Assembly (NCBI GenBank): GCA_019347875.1
Contig: JAHWKN010000001.1
Location: 6,801 to 70,800, forward strand
Length of the DNA stretch: 64,000 nucleotides
Direction: 5' to 3'
Source of the DNA: Candidatus Parcubacteria bacterium
GTDB lineage: Bacteria; Patescibacteriota; Saccharimonadia; UBA4664; JAHWKN01
Of this stretch, positions 1 through 8,775 are shown one piece after another. The notes under the pieces are model-generated. The model was not told where the DNA came from, ran no database searches, and worked only from the letters and a program-made list of their open reading frames with translations. Every line of letters begins with the position of its first letter. Within the stretch, counting starts at the first letter, position 1. A program made the translations under genes and the position numbers.

Positions 1-171
1 GGCCAAAATAGCTATGAACTGGCGCTGAGCGGATGCGGCAAAATCTTCGATCTCCTTCTTCACCTGCTTAAACTGACCATCTATTGCGTCCAGGGTGACC
101 TCGGCTCTGCCGTCGACCACCTCAACAACTATTTGTTTGATTTCACGCAGGTCTTGCTTTGTGAGGGCCAC
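1..171 (-). CDS. hypothetical protein, N-terminal fragment (gene runs off the window start); sits downstream of recF
   Basis: Minus-strand GTG at 171, preceded 5 nt upstream by an AAGGAG RBS. Translation VALTKQDLREIKQIVVEVVDGRAEV... stays open to position 1. Position after recF suggests a RemB/DUF721-type gene by synteny only; no motif confirms this. Confidence 0.4.
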   Translation of the reverse strand, partial: MALTKQDLREIKQIVVEVVDGRAEVTLDAIDGQFKQVKKEIEDFAASAQRQFIAILA

Positions 172-311
172 AACAACTCCTTTCTTCAATTTTACCGCCC
201 CTCCTGTCATAAGTATACCAAACATAACCCGAACAAGCAAACCGCCTCGGCCGTTCGTCTTCAACAACCCTTTGAGCGGCAACAACCCTGCTGTTCGAGC
301 GAGTAACCCTT

Positions 312-1403
312 TTAGGCGGTGGCGCCGGTCTTGATCACGCCGTAATCGCCCTTTAGCCCCTTAACCGCGTCGGCCTCGGTGGTGGTGATAACGGTCTGGT
401 AACCGCCAATCCGGCGCATTAAAAATCGCCGCCGCGACTGGTCAAGCTCACTGAATACGTCATCCAGCAGCAAGAGGGGAGGGGCGCCGCCGCCGCTTTC
501 GTGAAAGGCCAGCTCGGCCAGCTTCAACACCAGCACCGCCGTCCTGACCTCACCGCGGGAGGCCACGGCGGTAATGTCCTTACCGGCGAAAAGGGTGATA
601 AAGTCCTCCCGGTGGGGGCCGATGGTGGTGAATCCGGCGGCCAGGTCGCTGGTCAAATTTTGCTGCAGCTCGGCGATAAAGCTTTCGCGGTAGCCGCCGC
701 CAGCAACGCTTGGCAGGTACTTCAGTTCGATGCCGGCCCCGGCACCGGCCACCTGAGCGTACAGATCATCGGCCCGCTCATTAATAAAGCTGATCAGCCT
801 TTGGCGGGCATCGTAAATATCGCCGGCCAAAGAGGTGAGCTTAACGTCCCAGGCAAAGATCTCGTCCTGGATGCGGCCGGTCTGAAAGCCGGCCAGCAAG
901 CTGTTGCGCTGCCGCAGCACACGGCGGTACTGGTTGAGGACGCCCAAGTAGCGGCGGTCGCCCTGACAGAGCATAAAGTCCAGGTAGCGGCGGCGCCTCT
1001 CAGGCGCGCCGACCACCAGATAAAGGTCCCCCGGCTCAAACAAAACGGCCCGCAAACTGCCGATGTGACTGGAGAGGCTTTTTTTTACCCCCCCTGCCGT
1101 CACCTGCTTGGTCTGGCGGCCGTCGGCCGTGCTAAACCCCAGCGCCAGCTCGCTGCCGCCGTATACCGCGGCCAGCCTGAAGTAGTCCTGTCCGTGCCGC
1201 ACCAACTCCTGGTCCCGGGCCCGAAACGATTTGGTTGCCGCCAGCACGTACAGCCCCTCCAGCAGGTTGGTCTTGCCGCTGGCGTTCGGGCCCACCACCA
1301 GGGTGGCGGCGGGAGTAAACTCAAACCGGGCGGACTGGTATGAACGAAAGTTGGTCAGCTGCAAAGAACTTACGGTCTCGGGTCGCGGCGCGCGGGCCGG
1401 CAT
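312..1403 (-). CDS. recF: DNA replication and repair protein RecF
   Basis: Walker A GPNASGKTNLLEGLYVL. C-terminal SMC/RecF signature LLLLDDVFSELD. Canonical dnaA-dnaN-recF order. True start may be internal to the ORF as listed. Confidence 0.9.
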   Translation of the reverse strand: MPARAPRPETVSSLQLTNFRSYQSARFEFTPAATLVVGPNASGKTNLLEGLYVLAATKSFRARDQELVRHGQDYFRLAAVYGGSELALGFSTADGRQTKQVTAGGVKKSLSSHIGSLRAVLFEPGDLYLVVGAPERRRRYLDFMLCQGDRRYLGVLNQYRRVLRQRNSLLAGFQTGRIQDEIFAWDVKLTSLAGDIYDARQRLISFINERADDLYAQVAGAGAGIELKYLPSVAGGGYRESFIAELQQNLTSDLAAGFTTIGPHREDFITLFAGKDITAVASRGEVRTAVLVLKLAELAFHESGGGAPPLLLLDDVFSELDQSRRRFLMRRIGGYQTVITTTEADAVKGLKGDYGVIKTGATA

Positions 1404-1404
1404 G

Positions 1405-2517
1405 CTACGTCCGCAGCGGCATAATAATGTGCAGATACTCGTCGCGGTTTTTGTCGCCGAGCGGCTTGATGACGCAGGGGTTTAGTTTGCCGCTAATGCC
1501 GAACTCCACCTGGGGAGACTTAACGACCGCCAGCGCTTCGGCCAGGTAGCGGGCGTTGAGCGAAATCTGCCCGTCGCCGCCCTTGGTCAGGCAGTCCGCG
1601 GTGGAGGTGTTGTCGCCCAGCTGGGAAGCGGTGGAAATAATACTGACCTGCCCGCCCTGCTTGACCTCCAGCCGCACCCCACCGGCGTTTTCGCGCGCGA
1701 ACAGGTTGGCCACCTTGGTGATGCGGCTAAACTCGGCCGTATCGATCTCGATAGCGGTTTCGATTTTTTCGGGAATAATCTGCCGGTAGTTGGGAAACTG
1801 GCCCTCGATCAGGCGCGAGGTCAGCTCCAGGTTGTCCACCTCAAACATGATCTGGTTGTCGGCCAGGTAAACGTTCAGGTCGGTTTCGGCGTCGGCCAGC
1901 ATCCGCGCCAGCTCCTGCATCGCCCTGGCCGGCACGATCACCGAGAACTTGGTTTCCGGCTTGAGGCCTTTTAGTTTCAGTTTGCGCTCGGCCAAACGGT
2001 AGCTGTCGGTCGCCACCGTCAGCAGCGCCCCGTTTTCGATGTACAGATAAACACCGGCCAAAACCGGGCGCGACTCATCCAGCGAAGCGGCGATGGTGGT
2101 TTGCAGCAGCGCCTCGCGGAACTGGGCCGAGGGGACGCTCAGCGCCGGCTGGGACTTTAGCTGCGGAATCAAAGGAAACTCATCGGCCGATATCCCGTTA
2201 ATGCGCGACTGGTAGTGGGGGGTTTTAACGATCAGGTTTAAATCGTCGGTCTCAAGCTCGATGTTCCCCCCGGGCAGGCTGGCCACAAACTCGCTAAACA
2301 GGCGGGCGGGCACCGTTAGCGCCCCTTCATCCTCAACCTTTGATCCAATCCAACAGTTTACCCCGATCTCCAGATTGGTGGCGGCCAGCTTCAGCCGCCC
2401 TCCCTCGGTGCTCAATAGCACATTACTAAGTACCGGCAGACTGCTGCGGCTCGATACCACCCGTCCCGCCACTCCCAGCGCTCGGGTTAAGTTTTCCTGT
2501 GTTACGCTTAACTTCAC
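1405..2517 (-). CDS. dnaN: DNA polymerase III beta sliding clamp
   Basis: 370 aa with three-domain clamp architecture (LKLSVTQENL... start). Lies immediately downstream of dnaA with a 1-nt gap to recF. Confidence 0.9.
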   Translation of the reverse strand: MKLSVTQENLTRALGVAGRVVSSRSSLPVLSNVLLSTEGGRLKLAATNLEIGVNCWIGSKVEDEGALTVPARLFSEFVASLPGGNIELETDDLNLIVKTPHYQSRINGISADEFPLIPQLKSQPALSVPSAQFREALLQTTIAASLDESRPVLAGVYLYIENGALLTVATDSYRLAERKLKLKGLKPETKFSVIVPARAMQELARMLADAETDLNVYLADNQIMFEVDNLELTSRLIEGQFPNYRQIIPEKIETAIEIDTAEFSRITKVANLFARENAGGVRLEVKQGGQVSIISTASQLGDNTSTADCLTKGGDGQISLNARYLAEALAVVKSPQVEFGISGKLNPCVIKPLGDKNRDEYLHIIMPLRT

Positions 2518-2985
2518 TTTTTCTCCTGTTATCTTCTACTATACACCAAGCTTAAGGATGTCCAGTCACAATTTTTCCGCTCCGGAAACCGTCTTTATGG
2601 GAAAAGTTAAAACCGCTGATTGGGTGCCGGGTGGGTTATCCACGCTTGGTTTGTTTATAATAAATTAATTTAGTAAAAGGGGTAGTAGTTATAAGGGGTG
2701 TGGAAGTTGGGCATAAGCGTTTTAAAGCGCTTGGTTGAGCCTGTTAAACATCAAACCGCTTGTGTATATTCTGTGAGGGGAAGCGGGGCAAGCTGTGTTT
2801 ATCTAACCGCTTTTCACCAACCCGCCCGGCCGCCAAAACGCAAGCGTGAATTAAGCCTAGCGTTTTGAACAACCTTTCCCCAGCCCGTCCGAACCGCTGG
2901 CCCAAGGGCTAACCAGTTCAAAAATACGGCCAGCGTAACAGAGCGGTGCTGCCCGTTAAAGCTTAGCGGGAGTACGGCGGCGGGG
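2518..2985 (+). other. candidate oriC module in the dnaN-dnaA gap: DnaA boxes plus an AT-rich unwinding element
   Basis: TTATCCACG at 2636-2644 (8/9 to TTATCCACA). Weaker box-like sites at 2699-2707 and about 2765. A 30-bp AT-rich run ttgtttataataaattaatttagtaaaagg at 2651-2680. No credible CDS in this 468-bp gap. Confidence 0.55.
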
Positions 2986-4374
2986 TTACCGGAAGAGCTG
3001 CTCTTTGATGGCGTTGATCTCGTGGCGCAGATCCTCGTCGGCTTCGAGCCGTTTTTCGATTTTGGTGACCGAGTGCATGGCGGTGGTGTGGTCGCGGCCG
3101 CCTACGGCCTGGGCGATTTTGGGGAAGCTTAGGTTCATTTCGCGGCGCATCAGGTAAATGGCGATTTGGCGCGGGTGGACGATCTCTTTGTCGCGCTTGG
3201 GGCCGGTGATGTCGTCGGGCCGCAGGTCGAAGTAGGCGGCGGTTTTTTCGATGACGGTGCGCGGTGACAGCGGCTTTAGTTTGGGCTTAGAAAAGGCGAT
3301 GTTGCTGAGTACGGCGGTGACGGTGGCCAGGCTGGGGTCGGTGTTGTGGAACTCGCAGTTAGCGATCAGCTGGGTCAGCGCCCCCTCCAGCTCGCGCACG
3401 TTTTGTTTGACGTGCCGGGCCAGGTGGTCGGTTACCTCGGGGGGCAGGTTAAAGTTCTGGGCCGCCGCTTTGTTCTGCAGGATGAGCGAACGCATCTCCA
3501 GGTCGGGCGGCTGGATGTCGGCGATCATGCCGGAAGCAAACCGCGACTTGAGCCGGTCTTCCAGCCCGGCGATGGCCTGGGGCGGCTTGTCGCTGGAGAT
3601 AATTATTTGCTTACTGGCCTGGTGCAGGGCGTTAAAGGTGTGAAAAAACTCTTCCTTGGTGCGCTCTTTGGTGGCCAAAAACTGCATGTCGTCGATGATT
3701 AAGACGTCAACCTGTCGGTACTTTTGCTTGAAAGCATCCACGTTCTTGCGCTGCAGGCAGGACAGAAACTCGTTGGTGAAGGCCTCGCTGGTAATGTACT
3801 CGACTTTTTTTGAGGGGTGATGCTGCAGGATCTCGTTGCCGACCGCCTGGATCAGGTGGGTTTTGCCGAGTCCGGCCCCGCCGTAAATAAACAGGGGGTT
3901 GTACTTGGTGCCGGGGCGCTTGGCCACCGCCTGACAGGCGGCGTAAGCCAGCTCGTTCGACCCGCCCACGACGTAGTTGCTAAAACGGTAGCGGGGATTC
4001 AGGTTGGAGTTGGCTGCCGGCGCCGCCGCCGGGACGAGGGCGGCCGGAGAGGCTGGGGCGCTCGGAGGGGTGGGCGTGGTAGCCGGTTGGACGGTGTCCT
4101 CCAGGGGCTTTTCGGCTGCGGGGGCGGCGGGGGAGCTGATGCGGTACTCGATCGAGCGGACGCCGCCGGCGATTTTAACTAAAGCGGACTTTATGTCCTG
4201 GTGGTACTTCTTTTCGAGCCGTTCTTTGTTGAAGATGTTGGGGACCGCCACCACCACGTGGCCATCTTCGTTTGAGATAATGGCGGTTTGCTTAAACCAG
4301 GTAGCAAAGGTAGCCCGGCTGATGGTTACCTCCAGCTCGCCGAGGACGGCTTGCCACAACCCCCTTTTGTCCAT
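2986..4374 (-). CDS. dnaA: chromosomal replication initiator protein DnaA
   Basis: AAA+ Walker A GGAGLGKTHL and Walker B LIIDDMQF. C-terminal DnaA-box-binding HTH (HTTAMHSVTKIEKR). Pro/Ala-rich linker after domain I. Confidence 0.95.
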   Translation of the reverse strand: MDKRGLWQAVLGELEVTISRATFATWFKQTAIISNEDGHVVVAVPNIFNKERLEKKYHQDIKSALVKIAGGVRSIEYRISSPAAPAAEKPLEDTVQPATTPTPPSAPASPAALVPAAAPAANSNLNPRYRFSNYVVGGSNELAYAACQAVAKRPGTKYNPLFIYGGAGLGKTHLIQAVGNEILQHHPSKKVEYITSEAFTNEFLSCLQRKNVDAFKQKYRQVDVLIIDDMQFLATKERTKEEFFHTFNALHQASKQIIISSDKPPQAIAGLEDRLKSRFASGMIADIQPPDLEMRSLILQNKAAAQNFNLPPEVTDHLARHVKQNVRELEGALTQLIANCEFHNTDPSLATVTAVLSNIAFSKPKLKPLSPRTVIEKTAAYFDLRPDDITGPKRDKEIVHPRQIAIYLMRREMNLSFPKIAQAVGGRDHTTAMHSVTKIEKRLEADEDLRHEINAIKEQLFR

Positions 4375-4483
4375 ACTCCCTCTCCCTCTTAAACTCCCGC
4401 TGGCGGCGTTTTTCGTTGTCCCGCCGGGAGCTGAAAAACCGTGCAGTGCCGGTTGAATGTTTCAATCATAACCATGATTGGTT

Positions 4484-4560
4484 TTTTCCACAACCGCGAA
4501 ATAGGGCGCCGACTTATGCACACACTGGCGCTAACGGCACAAAAAGAGTGGAAAAGAGCA
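4484..4560 (+). promoter_or_regulatory. DnaA-box cluster upstream of dnaA, in the dnaA-rpmH gap
   Basis: TTTTCCACA at 4484-4492. TTATGCACA at 4515-4523 (fits TTATNCACA). AGTGGAAAA at 4547-4555 (reverse complement TTTTCCACT). A CAATCAT...ATGATTG inverted repeat at 4463-4480. Confidence 0.5.
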
Positions 4561-4635
4561 GGTTTAATGGGGATAAAAAAAGTTAGTCCGCAGGCAACTT
4601 TCGACTTTCGTCCGCCGACTTGATAGACTAGGGAC

Positions 4636-4773
4636 ATGTCAAAGCAAACCTACCAACCAAAAAAACGCCGCCGCCAGCGGGTACACGGCTTCATGAAACG
4701 CATGGCCACCCGGGTGGGCCAAAACATTTTGAAGCGGCGCCGGCTGAAGGGGCGTAAGCGGCTGGCCGCCTAG
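4636..4773 (+). CDS. rpmH: 50S ribosomal protein L34
   Basis: 45-aa translation [45 protein letters not shown] is canonical L34. It is under the 60-aa cutoff of the ORF track. Lies just upstream of rnpA as expected. Confidence 0.9.
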   Translation: MSKQTYQPKKRRRQRVHGFMKRMATRVGQNILKRRRLKGRKRLAA

Positions 4774-4836
4774 CGCGGTGCGTTTGACGAGTAACAACGG
4801 GTAAGCCGGTCAAATGTTAACAGTGGAAAGAGCGTC

Positions 4837-5187
4837 ATGCTAGCGCGCCAGTACCGCCTGCGGCAGCCGCGCGACATCAACCGCGTCTACTCCCGCGGCC
4901 GCTTTGGTGCCGCCGGGCAGCTGCAGGTTAAGACGCTTAAAACCAACTGGCCGCGCTCGCGGGCGGCGATCGTGGTCAGCCGCAAGGTGTCAAAAAAGGC
5001 GGTGACGCGCAACCGCATTAGGCGCCGGCTGGCCGCCCAGCTGGCCGCCGCTTGGGCGACAGTACCGGCCGGGTACGATATAGTAGTTAGCGTGCGGACA
5101 GACGTGTCGGAGGCCGAGACCGCCGCCCTCCGCTCCCAGCTGGAGAGCGCCCTGGCCAAGAGCGGCCTCATCCGGATTAAGAGTTAG
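4837..5187 (+). CDS. rnpA: ribonuclease P protein component
   Basis: Basic 116-aa protein with the RnpA motif region KAVTRNRIRRRL. Conserved rpmH-rnpA-yidC synteny. Confidence 0.9.
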   Translation: MLARQYRLRQPRDINRVYSRGRFGAAGQLQVKTLKTNWPRSRAAIVVSRKVSKKAVTRNRIRRRLAAQLAAAWATVPAGYDIVVSVRTDVSEAETAALRSQLESALAKSGLIRIKS

Positions 5188-5238
5188 GAATAGTATTTAT
5201 GAAGCATAGATCAAGGTCGGGGGAGATGACTAGCGGCC

Positions 5239-6015
5239 ATGTTTAACACCCTGTTTGTCTACCCGCTGTTTAACCTGCTGGCCCTGATTTACGCGCTGCT
5301 GCCCGGACACGACTTCGGCTTGGCGGTAATTATTCTGACCATCGCGCTGCGGCTGGCGATGTGGCCGCTGATCAAAAAGCAGCTCCACTCTCAGCGGGCC
5401 ATGCAGGCGCTGGCCCCCGAGGTCAGCAAGGTCAGGGCTAAGGCCAAGGGCGACAAGCAAAAGGAGAGTCAGCTTCTAATGGAGCTGTACAAGGAGAGGG
5501 GGGTGAGCCCGTTCGCTTCGCTGGCGCCGCTATTGGTGCAGCTGCCGATACTGTTCGCGCTGTTTGTGGTGTTGCGCGACGTCGTCAAGGCGGGCGAGAT
5601 CGCGCGGGTCGCCTACGAGCCGATCAGGCAGCTGGGCCCCATACAGGCGATCATCAAAGATGCCGCCAGCTTTCACCCGTCCCTGCTTGGCTTAATCGAC
5701 CTGTCGAAGCCCAACATCTTTTTGGCGGTTCTGACCGGGGCTACCCAGTACGCCCAGACTAAGCAGATTACGCCTAAACACCCCGACGCCGCCGACGCCA
5801 GCGCCAAAGCCGCCTCGGCCATGACCATTGTCTTTCCGGTCTTGACCGCCGGCATCGCCCTGACGCTGCCGTCGGCCTTGGCGCTGTTTTGGACCGTCAC
5901 CAGTCTGGTGGCGATCTGGCAGCAGCGGCTGATTTTGCGCCAGGACGTGGTTGAGCTGGAAGAGGCCGGAGACGCTAAAGCCGGTACGGCTAAAACCGGT
6001 ACCGCCAAAAAATGA
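5239..6015 (+). CDS. yidC: membrane protein insertase YidC (short Gram-positive-type YidC/Oxa1)
   Basis: 258 aa, multi-TM with a conserved amphipathic loop (LIKKQLHSQRAMQALAPEV). Follows rnpA and overlaps jag by 4 nt. Confidence 0.85.
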   Translation: MFNTLFVYPLFNLLALIYALLPGHDFGLAVIILTIALRLAMWPLIKKQLHSQRAMQALAPEVSKVRAKAKGDKQKESQLLMELYKERGVSPFASLAPLLVQLPILFALFVVLRDVVKAGEIARVAYEPIRQLGPIQAIIKDAASFHPSLLGLIDLSKPNIFLAVLTGATQYAQTKQITPKHPDAADASAKAASAMTIVFPVLTAGIALTLPSALALFWTVTSLVAIWQQRLILRQDVVELEEAGDAKAGTAKTGTAKK

Positions 6016-6485
6016 GCGAACTAAACGACGACCTGCTGGCTCTGGCCAAGCTCCGGCTGGAAGAGATACTGACGTTTTTCGGGGTTAACACCGGCGTCAA
6101 GGCCGGGTTTGCGGGCGAGACGATCGAACTAAGCGTTGAGACCGATGTGACCGGCCGCCTGATCGGTCACCGCGGCGAGACGCTGGCGGCGCTGCAGCAG
6201 CTGCTAAACGCCATGGTGCGCGGCCAAACCAGTGAGCGGGTGTTTGTCAGCATCGATATCGCCGGCTACAAGCGGTCGCGGGCGGCCCACTTGACCGAGC
6301 GGGTGCAGGCTGATGCTAAAAAGGTGATAGAGACCGGCGAGACGAAGTATCTGCGCCCGATGAACGCGGCCGAGCGGCGGCTGGTGCACATGGCGTTGGC
6401 CGACCTGCCCGAGGTTTTTACCGAAAGCGAGGGGGAGGGGACCGGCCGGCGGGTCGTTATAAAAAGAGTAGGCAGCAGCGGGTAG
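6012..6485 (+). CDS. jag: Jag/KhpB-type RNA-binding protein (KH + R3H domains)
   Basis: C-terminal R3H motif KYLRPMNAAERRLVHMALADL. Canonical position after yidC. Confidence 0.8.
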   Translation: MSELNDDLLALAKLRLEEILTFFGVNTGVKAGFAGETIELSVETDVTGRLIGHRGETLAALQQLLNAMVRGQTSERVFVSIDIAGYKRSRAAHLTERVQADAKKVIETGETKYLRPMNAAERRLVHMALADLPEVFTESEGEGTGRRVVIKRVGSSG

Positions 6486-6510
6486 AGAGCGGCAACGTAG
6501 CGTCTGCTGC

Positions 6511-7644
6511 CTACCGCCTACCCACCTGCCGGTACACCGTCAGGGTTTGCTCGGCCATGCGCCGCCAGGAAAACCGTTTGATGTGCTTGGGCCCGGCCTG
6601 CTTGAGGCGCTCAAGCTCGGCCGGGTCGTTTAACAGGGCGGCGATCTTGGCGGCCATATCCTGCGGGTCGAGCGGGTCAAAGTAGGCGGCGGCGTCGCCG
6701 CAGACCTCCGGCATGCAGCTGGCGTCCGAGCCGATGACGGGAGACCCTTGGGCCATCGCCTCCAGCGGCGGCAGCCCGAACCCCTCGCTTAAAGAGGGGA
6801 AGACGAACAGCTTGGCCTGGCGGTAGAGCGAGACCAGCTCGCCGTCTTCAACGAAGCCGCTAAAAATAACGCGCCCCTCCAAATCCAGCCGCCGTGCCAG
6901 CCGCTGCCGCTGCCGGTAAAAGTAGTCTTCCTTGCCGGCCAGAACTAAACTCAAGCCGGGGAACTGCGGCGCCAAAGCGGCAAAGGCCTCTATCAGGCGG
7001 GACAGGTTTTTATAGTCGTAGGCGTTGCCGACGTAAAGCAGGTAGTCGCCGGTAATGCCGAAGCGGTCGATGGGTGCCGGCTGGGCCATTAGCGGGTTAA
7101 CGGCTTCGTGCGTGACGCTGACCTTGCCAGATAACGCCCCCTGGGTTTGACCCGGCCGGTACTTGGCCAAAATGTCGTCCTTAACGAACCCGGTTGGTAC
7201 TATTATGGCTTTCGCAACCATCACGGCGTGACGGATCACCAGCAACATCAGCCAGTACTTGAGCTGGTAAACAACCTTCTTTAGCCCGGCTCCGCGGATA
7301 TTTTTATACTTAACCAACGTCAGGTCGTGAACCGTCACCACATAACGGCCGAAGTAAGCCAGGGGAACGCTAAAGTGCAGAAAGTGCACCAGGTCGGGGC
7401 GCAGGCGGTACAGTAACAGCGGCAGCAGGAGCTGCTCTTTTAGCCCGTAGGGCTTGTAGTCCGCCAGCTGCTTGGTAAGGTTCGGGGATTGTGGCTGCCA
7501 GCTGTCAAACTCCTTGCGCCGCAGCAGCACGACGTACCGGTTGCTGTGGTCGAGTTCCGGCAGCTGCCGGACCAGCTCCTCGCTGTAGCGGCCGATTCCC
7601 ATCCAGCCGGTGCCGAAGATACGGCCGTCGATGACGATTTTCAT
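6511..7644 (-). CDS. glycosyltransferase family 4 (GT-B, group 1)
   Basis: C-terminal EX7E-type motif [24 protein letters not shown]. 377 aa. Confidence 0.85.
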   Translation of the reverse strand: MKIVIDGRIFGTGWMGIGRYSEELVRQLPELDHSNRYVVLLRRKEFDSWQPQSPNLTKQLADYKPYGLKEQLLLPLLLYRLRPDLVHFLHFSVPLAYFGRYVVTVHDLTLVKYKNIRGAGLKKVVYQLKYWLMLLVIRHAVMVAKAIIVPTGFVKDDILAKYRPGQTQGALSGKVSVTHEAVNPLMAQPAPIDRFGITGDYLLYVGNAYDYKNLSRLIEAFAALAPQFPGLSLVLAGKEDYFYRQRQRLARRLDLEGRVIFSGFVEDGELVSLYRQAKLFVFPSLSEGFGLPPLEAMAQGSPVIGSDASCMPEVCGDAAAYFDPLDPQDMAAKIAALLNDPAELERLKQAGPKHIKRFSWRRMAEQTLTVYRQVGRR

Positions 7645-7671
7645 AAGCCAATTATAGACAGTTTTGGTCGG

Positions 7672-8775
7672 CTAGCCTAAAAAGATACGGCTTTGGTAGT
7701 AGAGGGTGCTAAAAAAGGCCAGCAGCATGGCCGATGGGACCAGCGCGTAGGCCAGGCGCTGGTGGGCCCCGGTGAGGAGCGCCAGCGCCACAAAACAGGG
7801 AAACAGGACGATAATGTAACGGTTCAGACTAATGGTGCTGCCCGACAGCAGGGGGACGGCTATGGCCAGCAGGCAAAATAAGCCCCAAGCTTTGCTGATT
7901 TTTACGAAGCAGTAGACGGCCAGTGCTAAAAACAGCGCTATTAATCCGACCACAACGATCGTTAAGGCGTAGGGGTTGGAAAAAAGGTAGCCGTTTTTAA
8001 GCACGCGCAGCGGATCCAGTAGACCGGGTAGCCCTTGCCCGCGTCCCGGCCAGTACTTTTGAATATGGACGAAGGCCAGCGCGTCGCCGGTGATTCCGTA
8101 CATGTACCCCATATAGGCCACTAGCCCGGAACCGGCCAGCGCCGCCAGCCCCAGCCCTTTGGCGGCTAACTTGGGCCAGGCTACCGTCTTGTGGGTTTGC
8201 CAATACTCAAACAGGACCGCGGCGGCCAGAAAGACGCCGACAAACCGGATGCTTGAGGCCAGGCCGGCCCACGCGGCGGCGGCGACAAAGTGGCGGGCCT
8301 GCGCCGCCCGTAAACTCAGCGCGATCAGCAGCAAAAACAGCGACTCGGTATAAAACAGTCCGAAAAAGAAGCTAAAAGGAGAGAAGGCCAACAGCAGCAG
8401 CGTGCGCTCGGCCACCTTGGCGTCGAAGCGGTCCCGTGCGATGCGGTACACCACCATCAGCGCCAGCCAAAAACTAACCAGCGACACCGCCACCCCGGCC
8501 GCCAGCAGATGGCCGGTGAGGGCGTACACCGGCTTGACCGCCAGGGGGTAGCCGGGGAAGAAGGCGATGTTGGACTGGCCGTCTACCGCCCGGTAGCCAT
8601 CTGTCACAATGGTGGCGTACCAGCCGGAGTCCCACTTGCCGGTTAGCTGTTGGAGGCTCGGCGCCTGATCGGCAAAGGCCGACGCGAAGTAGAGCAAAAG
8701 GCCCATGGCGATTAGCCACAGCCCAAACACTTTAAGCGGAAACGTCAGCCAGTCCGCCGGTCTTAGCCGCTTCAC
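7672..8775 (-). CDS. polytopic GT-C-type membrane glycosyltransferase-like protein (Mannosyl_trans2/PIG-V-like motif)
   Basis: About 9-10 TM helices. N-terminal luminal-loop motif WDSGWYATIVTDGY resembles the WD..WY..IA..GY signature of GT-C mannosyltransferases. Family assignment is by motif only. Confidence 0.5.
   Translation of the reverse strand: MKRLRPADWLTFPLKVFGLWLIAMGLLLYFASAFADQAPSLQQLTGKWDSGWYATIVTDGYRAVDGQSNIAFFPGYPLAVKPVYALTGHLLAAGVAVSLVSFWLALMVVYRIARDRFDAKVAERTLLLLAFSPFSFFFGLFYTESLFLLLIALSLRAAQARHFVAAAAWAGLASSIRFVGVFLAAAVLFEYWQTHKTVAWPKLAAKGLGLAALAGSGLVAYMGYMYGITGDALAFVHIQKYWPGRGQGLPGLLDPLRVLKNGYLFSNPYALTIVVVGLIALFLALAVYCFVKISKAWGLFCLLAIAVPLLSGSTISLNRYIIVLFPCFVALALLTGAHQRLAYALVPSAMLLAFFSTLYYQSRIFLG

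Noticed and set aside
501-1343. Long plus-strand ORF (280 aa) and several others (794-1039, 1100-1324, 1231-1485) inside or antisense to recF
   Set aside because: They are embedded in or opposite a gene with a clear Walker A and RecF signature. High GC content removes stop codons and generates long spurious antisense ORFs. Their translations are Gly/Ala/Arg-rich with no motifs.
2261-2668. 135-aa plus-strand ORF spanning the end of dnaN and the dnaN-dnaA gap, and the 4389-4637 minus-strand ORF upstream of dnaA
   Set aside because: Both lie over DnaA-box/AT-rich origin sequence. They lack RBS signals and have non-protein-like composition. They are better explained as non-coding oriC DNA.
3251-4456. 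Plus-strand ORFs 3251-3643, 3346-3702, 3817-4182 and 4004-4456, antisense to dnaA
   Set aside because: Same reasoning as above. dnaA is unambiguous on the minus strand and the antisense translations are low-complexity.
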